63,889 nucleotides of DNA, filler included, from Octopus bimaculoides (GCF_001194135.2; 10 parts of 9 records of this genome joined end to end with filler, not necessarily neighbours in it), one strand, 5' to 3'; counted from the whole stretch's first letter, positions 22,343-34,487 are shown. The notes: a model not told the origin generated them from the letters alone. A program made the numbers and translations.

Positions 22343-23316
22343 TATATATATATGCATATATATATATACACACACACACACACATACATATATGGGTACA
22401 GGACATCACCAGCAGTAAACAATATGAAATACAAAAACAAATGAGTTAAATACGCAACGAAAGAAAAAAAATGGAAAGACAAGTGATACAAAGAATACAA
22501 ATAATGACCCTTCATCAGTTGTCAGCTGTCTGTCTACTCCCCATTTCGAGTAATCAATGATAATATGAGTCTTCGAAGACAGTTGCTCCCATAAATACTA
22601 AAATAAAGTTTTGGATTTATGGAGGGTCAAAGTTAGGGACAAAAACAAGACAGTGGAGACATACAGGGAAACCAAATGAAAAGAAACATGGAGAATCGTT
22701 AGACTTGAATGAGGGGAAAACAGTGAATGCTGAGAAATATTTTCTTTGGAAAGAGAAAAGATAGAAGAGAGAGATAGGAGACGTCCAGTCCTTAGAATGT
22801 CTGTGCAGGAAAGACAGATGATCATGTGAAGAAAAGAAAGATGGACGATGGTCATGTGTGAGCAACAAGAGAGAAAGAGAAACAGAAAGAAAACGGTGAA
22901 AAGGAGAAAAAGGGAATTAGAGAGGATGGGGGAGAAAACAGTATATATACAAACACACGGACACATATACGACGGAATTCACTCAGTTTTNNNNNNNNNN
23001 NNNNNNNNNNNNNNNNNNNNNNNNNNNNNNNNNNNNNNNNNNNNNNNNNNNNNNNNNNNNNNNNNNNNNNNNNNNNNNNNNNNNNNNNNNNNNNNNNNNN
23101 NNNNNNNNNNNNNNNNNNNNNNNNNNNNNNNNNNNNNNNNNNNNNNNNNNNNNNNNNNNNNNNNNNNNNNNNNNNNNNNNNNNNNNNNNNNNNNNNNNNN
23201 NNNNNNNNNNNNNNNNNNNNNNNNNNNNNNNNNNNNNNNNNNNNNNNNNNNNNNNNNNNNNNNNNNNNNNNNNNNNNNNNNNNNNNNNNNNNNNNNNNNN
23301 NNNNNNNNNNNNNNNN

Positions 23317-23714
23317 GAAAATATAAACAATAAAGAAAAATATTTTTCAAAAAATTACAATAAAAGAATTAAAATCACTTGAAGAACTTTCTGGTTTTTA
23401 ACACCTTCCCTAGTGGCTTTTTTGGGAGAAAACATTTCATTTTCAGGTGAATTTTTTTTATCAGATGAGCTTGCACTTGCATCTGATGTATCCAAACTTC
23501 TAATAGAAGGTTCATACTCATTGTCATCTTCTGAGCTCAACATCTGGGCATAATTTGTAAAAAAAAACAAAACAAAAAAAAACTGAGAAATGCTGAGAAT
23601 TGATGTATAAACTTGTCAGTGGCTGTTAACTTGTCTTCACCCAATTTATCTTTCTCAGAGTGTGATGAGTAAACTTGTCCAAAACCTATAAACTCGTCTT
23701 TGCCGGGTAAGGGG
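23317..23714 (-). mobile_element. piggyBac-like 5' end with splice acceptor and acidic Ser-rich ORF start (MLSSEDDNEYEPS..., 23543-23379)
   Basis: TTAA 23715-23718 then CCCCTTACCCGG on minus strand; acceptor ttttttttacaaattatgcccAG|ATG; only one end visible, remainder runs into gap. Confidence 0.45.
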
Positions 23715-23980
23715 TTAAAACCACTGTTTAGTTTGCAAAATGAAAACTGAACAATTGCCATATAGAAACACTCTGTTACTTGAATTATTTACTGCAGAAT
23801 TATATTGGTTACTTAAATAAACAAGCAAAAATAAAATATTTCATTAAAATAAATTTTAAAATATAGGTTGATCAAAGCCTCGTGAGTAGATTTGGTAGAA
23901 AGAAACCCATCACATGTATAGTTATATATCTTATCTTATAAAAGAGAAGCTGATCTCCATCTGTCTGTCTGCAACAACAT

Positions 23981-24250
23981 CTGAACAACTACAGGTCCTC
24001 TTTTAGGATACTGGAAAGATGCAATATCACTTCTCTGGTCAACCATGTATGGTGCTTAAAAGAGGAAGGAACCCCATACATAACTTAATGGAAGCTTCTT
24101 GAACAACTAGGGACTTGTACAAATGGGAGCAAACAATGTAATGTAAGTTTGCTTGGCAAGAATCCTAAAAAAATTGCCTGACTTCAAGAACATTTTAAAC
24201 TCCAGGAAAAAGGTATTTAGTTATTGCCCTCATCTAAAAGGTTTCCTACT
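23981..24250 (+). mobile_element. Penelope-like (Naiad-type) endonuclease C-terminal relic
   Basis: NNYRSSFR, LVNHVWCLK, WKLL, NGSKQCN and LNSR..YCPHLKGFLL; parallels the C-terminus at 45570-45874. Confidence 0.7.
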
Positions 24251-25313
24251 ACAAGCTTGGAATTCCCCATTTGTTGAATAGGTCCACCGCAACTTCAAAT
24301 ATCACCGTGGCTGGAGCCAATTTAAGGGACATAACCCTGTCCTGCCTGCAGCACCCTGGCACAGACAAATATTTTTGTTTACAAAATTGACTGTAAAACA
24401 TTTCTCCCTCCAATTGTAGAGAGGTTATGTACCTCAAGCCATTTGAGTGTGATGAGTCATCTATACTGCTAAGCACTTTATAGGTGTGAAACCAATGGTC
24501 ACTCTATAGCTGGTCATAACAATTAACTTCCTAAAAAATATATTATTGTTCTGTTTTTGAGTGTGCTTCTTTTAGATATATGAACTACTGATGCAGGGAG
24601 GTTGGTGTTAGTAAGGGCATCCAGCCGTAAAAAACCATGACAAAATAAACACAGTAGCCTGGGGTAGTCTTTTACCTGGCTGGCTCCTGTCAAACTGTCC
24701 AACCCATACCAGCATGGAAGGCAATGATGGTGATATTTATATATATATATACATATATATATATATANNNNNNNNNNNNNNNNNNNNNNNNNNNNNNNNN
24801 NNNNNNNNNNNNNNNNNNNNNNNNNNNNNNNNNNNNNNNNNNNNNNNNNNNNNNNNNNNNNNNNNNNNNNNNNNNNNNNNNNNNNNNNNNNNNNNNNNNN
24901 NNNNNNNNNNNNNNNNNNNNNNNNNNNNNNNNNNNNNNNNNNNNNNNNNNNNCCACATAAAAAGCACCCAGTACACACTCTAAAGTAGTTAACATTAAGA
25001 AGGCCACCCAGCTGTAGAAACCAAGCCAAAACAGACTATGGAACCTGGTGTGACCCCTGTCTTAGTCAGTCTCTGTCAAACCATCCAACCCAAGCTAGCA
25101 TGGAAAATGGATGTTAAATGTTGATTATGATAATAATATGTCCTTTATCTTTGTCTTTTACTTGTTTCAGTCATTTCACTGTGGCCATTCTGGGGCACTA
25201 CTTAGTTGAACAAATTGACCCACCAGTGCTTGTTTTTTATTTTAAAGCCTTCTTCTGTTGGTCACTTTTGCTGAACCACTAGGTTATAGGGAGATAAACA
25301 CACCAACACCAAA

Positions 25314-25931
25314 ATGTTTGCTGTATCAAGAAGTGCTGTCTTGAAAGTAATGACAGCCTTCGAGAAAGAGGGAAAAACCTCCTTGTTGAAACAAAACTCC
25401 AGAAGAAAACCAAAACTTTCAGATAGGGACCATCAGACTCTTACACAAATTGTTAGAAAGGATCACAAAAGTACAGCTCCCAAAATTACTGCAGAGCTTA
25501 ATGACCACCTCGAGAACCTAGTTTCATCAAAGACTGTTCATTGGGAGCTGCACAAAGCCGGATTTCATGGGAGGGCTGCAATCAGAAAACCACTACTTTC
25601 AAAAACAAACGTTGCAAAGCATTTAGAGTGGAGTAAAAACATACAGAATTGGTCCCTAGAGCAGTGGAAGAATATTATTTTCTTGGACATGTCATCCTTT
25701 ACCTTATTTCCGACCACCTGCCGAGTATATGTGTGGAGATAGCCAAAAGAAGCATTTGACCCAGACTGCCTCCTTCCAGCTGTTAAACATGGAGGAGGAT
25801 CTGTGATGATTTGGTGGGCTATATCTTGGAAATCCGCCAGCCCAATGGTTTCCCTACATGGCAGAATTAATAGTCAAGACTATTTAAGCATTTTATCTGA
25901 TCAAATTCATTGTATGGTTGCGGAACTGTTT
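25314..25931 (+). pseudogene. Tc1-like transposase fragment
   Basis: RKPKLSDRD, GRAAIRKPLL, WKNIIFLDMSSF and KHGGGSVMIW motifs; internal stop; no TIRs visible. Confidence 0.9.
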
Positions 25932-25937
25932 ACTCAC

Positions 25938-26097
25938 CTAAGTTACCAAGTAATTGGATACATTTCAGCGACAAATGTGGTACAGTGCTGGGATCCGATA
26001 AAACATCCACTAAACAAGTCAGACATTCTGTAGCTGCCAGTTGAGGTGGAAGGAAATATTTACTGTTTGACCGTTGGTCTGTAACTCCTATCATAAC
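25938..26097 (-). CDS. CIP2A: CIP2A coding exon 2 (VMIGVTDQRSNSKYFLPPQLAATECLTCLVDVLSDPSTVPHLSLKCIQLLGNL+G)
   Basis: Acceptor ttgatttcAG, donor G|GTGAGT, phase 0 to 1; resembles recalled human TSECLSCLVELLEDP...IIGLLSQL with the same exon phases. Confidence 0.85.
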
Positions 26098-26399
26098 CTG
26101 AAATCAAATGCACATAATAATTTGAAGAACGTATGTATTGTTCATATTTGGTTAACAAGTGTAAGAGATATGGTGGTGTAAGGTAGTGAATAATGAATGA
26201 TGATTGAAGACTAGCAGTATCTTAACTTTTGTGCTCCTTTACAGAAAAACCTATATTTCATTTTGGAACTGTTAGTAATGGTGGCTTGCATAGTCGTCTA
26301 TATAGAGGGCAAAGACAAAACAAAACAAATCCCTTATCATCCTTAACTTATTTAGGACTGGATCTCAAAGATGCAGTCATAATTAAGAGATACAATCAC

Positions 26400-26770
26400 T
26401 GAATTTCTACAAAGCTCAGGTGAGGCCTATAATGGAATAGTGCTCCCACACCAGGTGGCGCTGCAGCAGCTGCTGGACACAGACATCCCTGCCAACACCC
26501 AGAGAAAGACACTTGGTTGATTAACATTTCTCAAGTCATTAATAGGCATGCACCGGATGCACACTCTCGCCTCTCTCTCAACCATTTTTACTATCATTTT
26601 AATAGCCTCTGCCCCTTAGAACTGGCTGGTCTCCATTCAGGCATTTATAACTCATTCATCTCTCCTCCCACACCACCAAGCTCCACACCAACCACTATGC
26701 ACAGATCCTCTGGAACTCACTCCTGGTGTCAACTTGCAATAGCTTAAGCAGGCTGTTAGCAGTATTACTA
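26400..26770 (+). mobile_element. CR1/Jockey-group LINE 3' fragment
   Basis: FYKAQVRPIME*CSH, FYYHFNSLCPLELAGL, WNSL and KQAVSSI motifs; degenerate. Confidence 0.65.
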
Positions 26771-26856
26771 CCATCAGAGTCAGAGGGCCTGTATAGGCCA
26801 AGGGCATTGCCTTTTCCTCCAAACCCAGTAAGTGGAAAAAAGAAATCAGATAGCAC

Positions 26857-27113
26857 TGCCGCCAGACTGGTCTCGTGCTGGTGGCATGTAAAAAGCACCA
26901 TTTGAGCCATTATTGTTGCTAGTGCCGGTGGCACGTAAAAAGCACCCCTACATTCTCGGAGTGGTTGGCGTTAGGAAGGGTATCCAGCTGTAAAAACTTT
27001 GCCAGATCAGATTGGAGCCTGGTGCAACCTTCTGGCTTGCCAGCCCTCAATCAAACTGTCCAGCCCATGCCATGGAAAACAGACGTTAAACGACCATGAT
27101 GATAATGATGATG
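26857..27113 (+). mobile_element. RTE 3'UTR/tail fragment
   Basis: Family match; GATGAT tail. Confidence 0.8.
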
Positions 27114-27378
27114 TTTTGAATTTGAATATTTTATAAAATTATAGTATCCAGTAATGTGTTATTTTTCATTTGAAAACAAACAGGGTAAATTTTTACAACT
27201 ACAATCATTTCACTTTAAAGGTGTGATTTACCTGAAGAATGAATGGCTGCTGACAGTTTTGATGGTTAGATTTGTTCAAAATACATTGAAAGCCACCAAA
27301 GTGAGAAAAGTATAGTAATAAATATCTACCAAAAAGTGTAGGTATGAGTGTATAAATAACTTGTAAAACCTTACTTAC

Positions 27379-27480
27379 ATCTAATTGACGTTGCAAGTGC
27401 ACAAGGGTTGAGTCAGTCTTGTTATTATAATAGTGAGTGGTGGCGAACACAAGAGCTTTTATACAAGCAGATGTTTCCAT
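27379..27480 (-). CDS. CIP2A: CIP2A first coding exon (METSACIKALVFATTHYYNNKTDSTLVHLQRQLD)
   Basis: Kozak accATGG, 102 nt coding, donor GAT|GTAAGT, acceptor ttttcttatAG 16 nt upstream; resembles recalled human [34 protein letters not shown]. Confidence 0.85.
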
Positions 27481-27573
27481 GGTTGCAGACCAGATGCTAT
27501 AAGAAAATAACATGTAAAATGCCAAATTAAATTTCCTTGAGCGTGTCAATTCAATAAGTTTATCAAGCATTAA

Positions 27574-27789
27574 CCCTTTAGCATTCAGATTATTCTGTCA
27601 AATGTATTGATTATTTATTCGCATTGTTTTGAATAACCATTAATTACATTGTAACTTTGAGATTTCTAAGATGTGGGTGTTTATTTTTAGAATGACTGTT
27701 TTGGGTAGGTGTGAGAGGCTGGATTTGGCCAGTTGGAACATAAAACTGGTAGAATATTTGGGCCTGATATGACCATTTTAAATGCTAAA
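27574..27789. mobile_element. piggyBac-type MITE, right terminus eroded
   Basis: TTAA|CCCTTTAGCATT ... AATGCTAAA. Confidence 0.75.
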
Positions 27790-27889
27790 TTAGGAAACAA
27801 TACAAAAAAATTACTCTCTCTATAATTTTATCCTCTCCAATCAGTTTTTTTATGTGTCCTAATATTTGATATTTCAGGATGGATAATTT

Positions 27890-28597
27890 CAGTTGTTAAA
27901 TCGAAATTGAACCAAATTCAATGACTGGCACTCATGCCAACCTCTCCTTCATTTGACACTAAACTCTGCTTGCGAAGACCTGTTAGGGCAAGTGAAACTG
28001 AAATCGCAATTGAACCAAATTCGATGACTGGCACCTGTGCCAGTGGAGCACTAACAGTACCGTCCAAGCATGATCCTTGCCAGAGCAGCTGTCTGGCTTC
28101 TGTGCGAGTGGCATGTAAATAGCACCATTTGAGCGTGATCGTTACCAGCGTCACCTTACTGGAACCTGTGCTGGTGGCACATGAAAAAACATTCGAGCGA
28201 GGTCATTGCCAGTGCTGCTGGACTGGCTCCTGTGCAGGTGGCATGTAAAAAACACCATTTTGAACATGGCCGTTGCCAGTACCACCTGACTGGCCCTCAT
28301 GCCGGTGACACGTAAAGCACCCACTACACTCTCGGAGTGGTTGACATTAGGAAGGNNNNNNNNNNCACCATTTTGAACATGGCCGTTGCCAGTACCACCT
28401 GACTGGCCCTCATGCCGGTGACACGTAAAGCACCCACTACACTCTCGGAGTGGTTGACATTAGGAAGGGCATCCAGCTGTAGAAACTCTGCCAGATCAGA
28501 TTGGAGCCTGGTGTAGCCATCTGGTTCGCCAGTCCTCAGTCAAACCGTGCGACCCATGCTAGCATGGAAAGCGGACGTTAAATGATGATGATGATGA
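27890..28597 (+). mobile_element. RTE 3'UTR with assembly-duplicated segment
   Basis: Family match including ~100-bp duplicated unit; GATGATGATG tail. Confidence 0.85.
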
Positions 28598-28974
28598 ATT
28601 GAATATGAATTTACTTCGTCAAAAGCTTAGACATGGCTGTGTAATTAAGTAGTTTGCTTTGTGATTTAGAAGGTAAGTACTTCGCTTCACCCTTCCTGAG
28701 ATTTGAAACCAAATCCACCTGCTTGTTGCTTGTCAAAACGAGTGGGAAATCCTCTCTATAGTAGATGATTTATGAAAAAACACTCAACGCCCTGGAACCT
28801 GTGCTGGTCAAGGAAAGGTCAGTCCTTTGTTTAAGGTTTTACCTACATTACTGACCATAGTCTTTATAACAGAGAACACTACCTATCTCTTCCTCTTTTT
28901 TTGTGTCAGCAGACCAAGGAGCAACACTCTCTTCTGCGTCAGCCATGACCAAGAGCAACACTTCCCTTCGCTCT

Positions 28975-29162
28975 TTGCCCGAAATTTTGGGGGAGGGGGC
29001 CCAGTTAATTAGATCGACCCCAGTATGCAACTGGTACTTAATTTATCGACACTGAAAGGATGAAAAGCAAAGTCGACCTCGGCGGAATTTGAACTCAGAA
29101 CGTAGACAGACGAAATGCTGCTAAGCATTATGCCCAGCTAATGTTTCTGCCAGCTTGCTGTC
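28975..29162 (-). mobile_element. MetaSINE-like tRNA SINE
   Basis: Family match to 33564-33730. Confidence 0.7.
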
Positions 29163-29229
29163 TTTCTATTAGCAAATAATACAAAAAGTATATATAATAC
29201 ATAAGAATGTGTAATAGTGTTTTGCTTCA

Positions 29230-30400
29230 AGGCAGTCTTGATTGAGTTGACATATGGTCAAAAGATATCCAGCTTTAGTTTTCAAACCTAAAAAATAAAT
29301 GCAAGGGACCTAGAAACCCACTTCTCCCCTGTCCTTCTCAATCTATGTATGACAAGGAGACTGTTTGCCTGAAATATCAGCTGGAAAACCTTCGATACAG
29401 TCAATGGATTTATTCTCAGCTCTATGGTTCAAGACATTTCATAGATACAGAAAACAAACATAAGAAACCTACAAACCACCTGATAAGACCAAACAACCCC
29501 TACAAAAAAGAAAAAAAAAAAAAAANNNNNNNNNNAAAAAAAAAAAAAAAAAAAAATCCCCCCCAAAAATCTGAAGTGAAGGATCTAGGTACATTAATGA
29601 TAGGAATTTTGTCTTCCAGCCAAGATATTAATTGAAGAGCCATAAGAAAGTTAAAAAAAGCCAAAACAGAAATTTGGCTGGATAAGAAGTTTTAAATCAA
29701 AAAGTAGAATGATTACAATGACAATGTACAAAAGTAAGATTCTACTCTCCCTCTCCCTGAAATGCAACTCAATTCTGGTATACCCAACATTAGTAGAAAA
29801 AGACAGTAATTTTCCAAAATATGCAGAGATCAGTCAAATCTAAAATCTAGTTCCTTGAAGGTAAAGATTCCTGGAAGCAATCAAGAGCTGAAGATCTACT
29901 CAATAGAAAGAAGAGAGATATGCTATTCTATGTCTGGAGAGTGGAGGCGCAATGGCCCAGTGGTTAGGGCAGCGGACTCGCGGTTTCGATTCCCAGACAG
30001 GGCGTTGTGAGTGTTTATTGAGCGAAAACACCTAAAGCTCCACGAGGCTCCGGCAGGGGATGGTGGTGAATCCTGCTGTACTCTTTCACCACAACTTTCT
30101 CTCACTCTTTCTTCCTGTTTCTGTTGTACCAGTATTTCAAAGGGCCAGCCTTATCACAATGTGTCACGCTGAATATCCCCGAGAACTACGTTAAGGGTAC
30201 ACATGTCTGTGGAGTGCTCAGCCACTTGCACGTTAATTTCACGAGCAGGCTGTTCTGTTGATCGGATCAACTGGAACCCTCGACGTCGTAAGCGACGGAG
30301 TGTCAACAACAACATGTCTGGAGAATTTTGTAAAACGTGGCACCAAATATGACAAAAGTTGCACTTTCTTTTAATATGCGAAAAGGAAAACTTCCTCCAC
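29230..30400 (+). mobile_element. CR1-clade LINE fragment interrupted by a SINE
   Basis: VKDLG, GWIRSFKS and IYSIERR..YAILYVW-like motifs; reading resumes after the SINE TSD. Confidence 0.7.
29941..30313 (+). mobile_element. Full-length tRNA-derived SINE with 11-bp TSD
   Basis: A box TGGCCCAGTGG, B box GTTTCGATTCC, (CAA)n tail; TSD ATGTCTGGAGA at 29930-29940 and 30314-30324. Confidence 0.92.
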
Positions 30401-31205
30401 TGAATACTTGTTACTTAAAAAAGAATGGTTATATATAGTTTCAAGATGAAAACCCTAATTCATTGTTAGATGACTCCAAAATTTAAAAGGGTGGATTAAA
30501 TCCGAAGTGAGAGAGAGAGAGATGATGTACGGAAATCATAATACAAGTGGCAGGGCATTGCCAAAGGAGCATGAGTAGAGAGTGAGGGAGGGGATGTGTG
30601 AAAACCTGGGTATTTAGAGGGGGGGGTCTACTGGATAGCAATGATACAGTAAACAATAAAGAATACTGAATATTGAGAGAAAAACATATATCTACGTTAT
30701 CCAGTATATTCCCTTTTTAAGACGGTAAGGTGTAATTTGAGAGAGATTTAGCTATTTGGAGGTTGAGTAACTACTTAAAATCTTTCTCTATGGATATCAA
30801 ATTGTTATCGTGATTCTATCAAGATGTAAATGTTTGTTTCAACAGTTGATCTTTGATCAACTTGTCAAACTTGTGCAACTCTGAAATGTTTTAATATCGC
30901 TAGAAAATGTTGGAACAATGAAACGATTGCAATAAACACAAATAACCTTTTCTTCAGAAAGGCATGAACGTCAAACATTATCATCTTGTCTTACATGATA
31001 AATGTTTATAATTTGGTGCTTTTTGTAAAGTTAACTTTCTGGCGGAATTTAGAGCGAAACAAACTTTTAAATAAACAACTAATTTCCGCCATCAACGGTT
31101 TAAAAAAAAACCAGTGTGATTTACTAAAGATATAGTATTCCTGTACGATGTTAAATAAATAACGATGATTATTGAAGAAGGATGAACAAACATTTGTAAA
31201 CTTAC

Positions 31206-31290
31206 CGACAATGAATGATTCTCACAAATTCACTTTTAAATTGCGCGCTGTTGATTTATAATATTATTGAAAGCCGTTGTTTCGTATGGT
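31206..31290 (-). other. CIP2A: Probable non-coding first exon of CIP2A (5' boundary unknown)
   Basis: Consensus donor G|GTAAGT at 31206/31205 in repeat-free sequence; the 27496 exon has an acceptor and needs an upstream exon. Confidence 0.55.
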
Positions 31291-31430
31291 GTACTTTAAT
31301 TACGATTAACATATTGATTCAATAATTTACAAATAAAATTAAAGCTTATTGTACATTGAACGTTAAAAAATATTGTATTTAATTTTTATGGTAAAATAGA
31401 AGAGAAATTAGTGTAATTCCGGTAAATGAT
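31206..31430. promoter_or_regulatory. Putative bidirectional promoter region CIP2A/PPIL3
   Basis: Repeat-free interval containing CpGs between a minus-strand donor (31205) and candidate plus-strand donors (31391, 31422); inference only. Confidence 0.4.
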
Positions 31431-33080
31431 TCCACCCTTTCCAACAAAATGTTACTTTCGTCAATAGCAACAGAATAAAAAAAAAGGAATAAAAAGCGTG
31501 TTAGAAACGAAGAAAAAAATTTTTAAATAGCAATTGAAGATAATACTGGACTAAACAACTTACGACTTCTCCCATTAAGACCTGGAATTGACAACTGGAA
31601 AGAAGGTGCTAACCAAACAGATCGACATAGTCTAATAAGGCAGTCAAGATGCAAATGGAATCATAATAGAAGAAATAGAGGGCGTAACGACGCTTTTAAA
31701 GAAAGAAAATTGTTGAAGAAAGTTAACTTCTGTTCAAGAAATATGATTTCGGTTGATTAACCCCTATTAATTTTTTTATTTAGTCGGAGAAAGTTAGCGG
31801 CTATTTAAGAAATAAACACAAATTTAATTTCGGTTAGGAAATGAACTGTAACTTATAGTTAGTTCCAAAGGAAATATAACAGCTACAAAGGTCCAGAAAA
31901 TCTTGTAGCTGGTGTGTCCATTGGGATCCGGATAAAAAACCCTAGGACAAAATCCCCGTAGTTAAAGTGTGAAAGTGGGCAAAACCCCATCGGTTATATT
32001 TTTTAGTTATTTTTTCGTTTTTATCTCCTTTTACTTGTTTCAGTCATCAGACTGTGGCCATGCTGGGGTACCGCCTTGAAGAATTTTTCTTAAAGCCTGG
32101 TCTGGTCAAAACCACCTCTCTGATATATTTGTATATTTTTTTTTGTCTGAGGGCGTTTAATTTCATTAATATATATCCATTTTCCTAAAAGTTAGGAGGG
32201 AAAAATTGGATCTTGTGAATTTTTCCTAAGTCCTCTCCCCCTCCCCGTTCGTTTGCGCAAATTTTAATTTTTATATTCGTTTTCTACACATTTTGTTTTA
32301 CACCTAATACGCTGGGTTTTTTCTGTTTTCGTGACCGGGTCTTAAACTATATATCAACCCTTAAAAGTGCTTTCTGTTTGAAATATTACCAACATAATCT
32401 ACACTTTCTGCAGAATTTCATTAACAGATAGTCAACAACTATTGAAAAGGTTGTAAGACGCAACGAAAATTTTAGAAAAATAACTAAGTAAATGAGTGGA
32501 AATTTTACCGGTGAGTGTATTAAATTATAAGGCACTAAAGGAGAATGAATTTCTGCAGACAAAACAGAATTTTTAAGGGTTACGAAGAAAGAGAATCAAT
32601 GGGGGCACTAAACTGTAATTATGCCTATTGGCGATGCCAACTGCCGTTTGAAATAATTTTATTGCCTTCACAGGGTTTACCGTTTTACAAAATCAAACTA
32701 GAAAAGTGGACAAAACAGAAAACACAATTGAGAAAAAGGAAAAAAAAACCTCCAAAACAATTCACCACCTTGGGTTGAAAAGTTGGGGGCACTGGGAAAC
32801 CTCTCCATTAGAGGCTATTGCGACACGCCAGCACGCTTGCAGCGTTGCCGAGGGTGATGGCGATGTTGATGGTGAGGAGCGAGATCTGACATTGGATGCT
32901 AGACCATTTTCTCTTTTTTTCCCCCGACGAAACCCGCTATGCCAGACATAACTATTTAATACAACATTAATAAAATATAAACTAGTTACGTCTGGCACAA
33001 CTGGGCAGTTATCTCCCTCTAATTATTGGAAATAAACAACAGGAAACGAAAGCACTAACTTTAAATCACGTTTTGGAGAC

Positions 33081-33083
33081 ATG
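33081..33083 (+). CDS. PPIL3: Probable PPIL3 start codon at the end of a short exon (~33043-33083)
   Basis: gagacATG|gtcagt; the next exon starts at Ser2 in phase 0, so an ATG-terminal exon is required; alternative is tttATG|gtaaaa at 31388-31390. Confidence 0.5.
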
Positions 33084-33563
33084 GTCAGTATAAAATTGCA
33101 TTCCTGCTTTATGTGTGATTTAATTTTAGGTAGGACCTCTTTTAATACATTGAGGGATCAATTTCTTATTTACAAAATAACCCCATTGATAAGTGTTTGT
33201 AAAAAGACTTTGAATCCTTACATGAGTATTAATACATAAGACGGGTTTGGGAAGATTATGCGGTATTCATGCGTTATTGAAAGGGGTAAAAAGGTATTAA
33301 ATAGCGAATTAATTGATGTGAAATTGCTACAAATACGAATCGAAACCTGGCCGTTAATTTTGTTCTTTAAACATTAACCGTTATTTTTTCTTAACTGTAT
33401 TTTATGCGTACCTTTTGCTATAACTATAATGCAATCTAGTTGAAAACCTGACTTGTATTAATAATATCCAAGCAGATATTTAATTATCTTTTTAAAGGTG
33501 AAAAACAGGCCTGAAAGTGTTTACCATTCTATCCTTACAAGGTATTATTAGAAACTGTGTTAA

Positions 33564-33730
33564 GGCGGCGAGCTGGCAGAATCGTTAGCACGCCGGACAA
33601 AATGATTAGCGACATTTCGTCCGTCTTTACTTTCTGATTTCAAATTTCGCTGTGTTCGACTTTGCCTATCATCCTTTCTGGGTCGATAAAATAAGTATTG
33701 GCTATTTAAGCACAAGGGTCGATATAATCT
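33564..33730 (+). mobile_element. MetaSINE-like tRNA SINE
   Basis: GGCGGCGAGCTGGCAGAATCGTTAG head, B-box-like TTCAAATTTC, TTTGCCTATCATCCTTTCTGGGTCGATAAAATAAGTA Meta-like domain. Confidence 0.75.
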
Positions 33731-34487
33731 CCCAAACTTTTTTGGGTCTTAAAATTACCCATGTTCACTCGAGACTTTTCACCAAAATATATGGCCATAA
33801 TTTGCAAGAAGAAAGGGTCGATATTCTGAGCAATACGTTTCATGTGTTTAGTCCACATGCCCTTTTTGGCGGAGTTTTGGAATAGTTGTCTCTCAAAGTT
33901 CCAACCGTTTTGTCTTTCATCTTCTTCTATCTTTTTATCCCTGCTTCCTACAACCGAAATTACGATTCTGAGACTATATTACTTTTAAAAATTTCAAGCG
34001 TTTTTGTAAGCACTTTTGTCCCTCCTCCACTTCCCTCCCCTTTTCCTTTCCCATGAAATCATTATTTTAAAAATTTCGCCCCCCTTTTTAAGACATTAAT
34101 GTCAATCTCTTTCTCTTCACCTGTAATCGTGAGAGATATATATAGACTAACAGTTTATTGAATGAAGTAATATGTTTGAAATCTAATTGAGAGGTGATAT
34201 ATTTTGAGTAATTATAAACATTTGAAAGATAATTATTTTGAAGAATTTAAAAACTGTGAAATATGTTTGAATTGTTGTATGCATATTTCCAAAGTTGGAA
34301 CGTGTTGTTCATCAAAGAATTTATCATTTACCAAACATTTACGAACCAAATTCTTGTGGAATCTTTTCCTTTTACTGGTTAATTCTGGAATATTGTTTAC
34401 TGAAACATTGAGTAGAAGGAGAAATTTTACACACCTAAATAACAGAAAATATAATAATTCAAGGTCCCTGTCTTGTAGGGCTTGCAG

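Noticed and set aside
28255-28460. Exact ~80-bp duplication either side of a 10-N gap
   Set aside because: Overlapping contig ends; assembly artefact
29941-30020. tRNA gene calls for A/B-box segments
   Set aside because: No full cloverleaf; these are SINE heads with bodies, tails and TSDs
32497-32519. ACCG|GTGAGT as a PPIL3 UTR donor
   Set aside because: Reverse complement TACACTCACCGG looks like a Tc1-type terminal repeat; no partner TIR found, so neither call is supported
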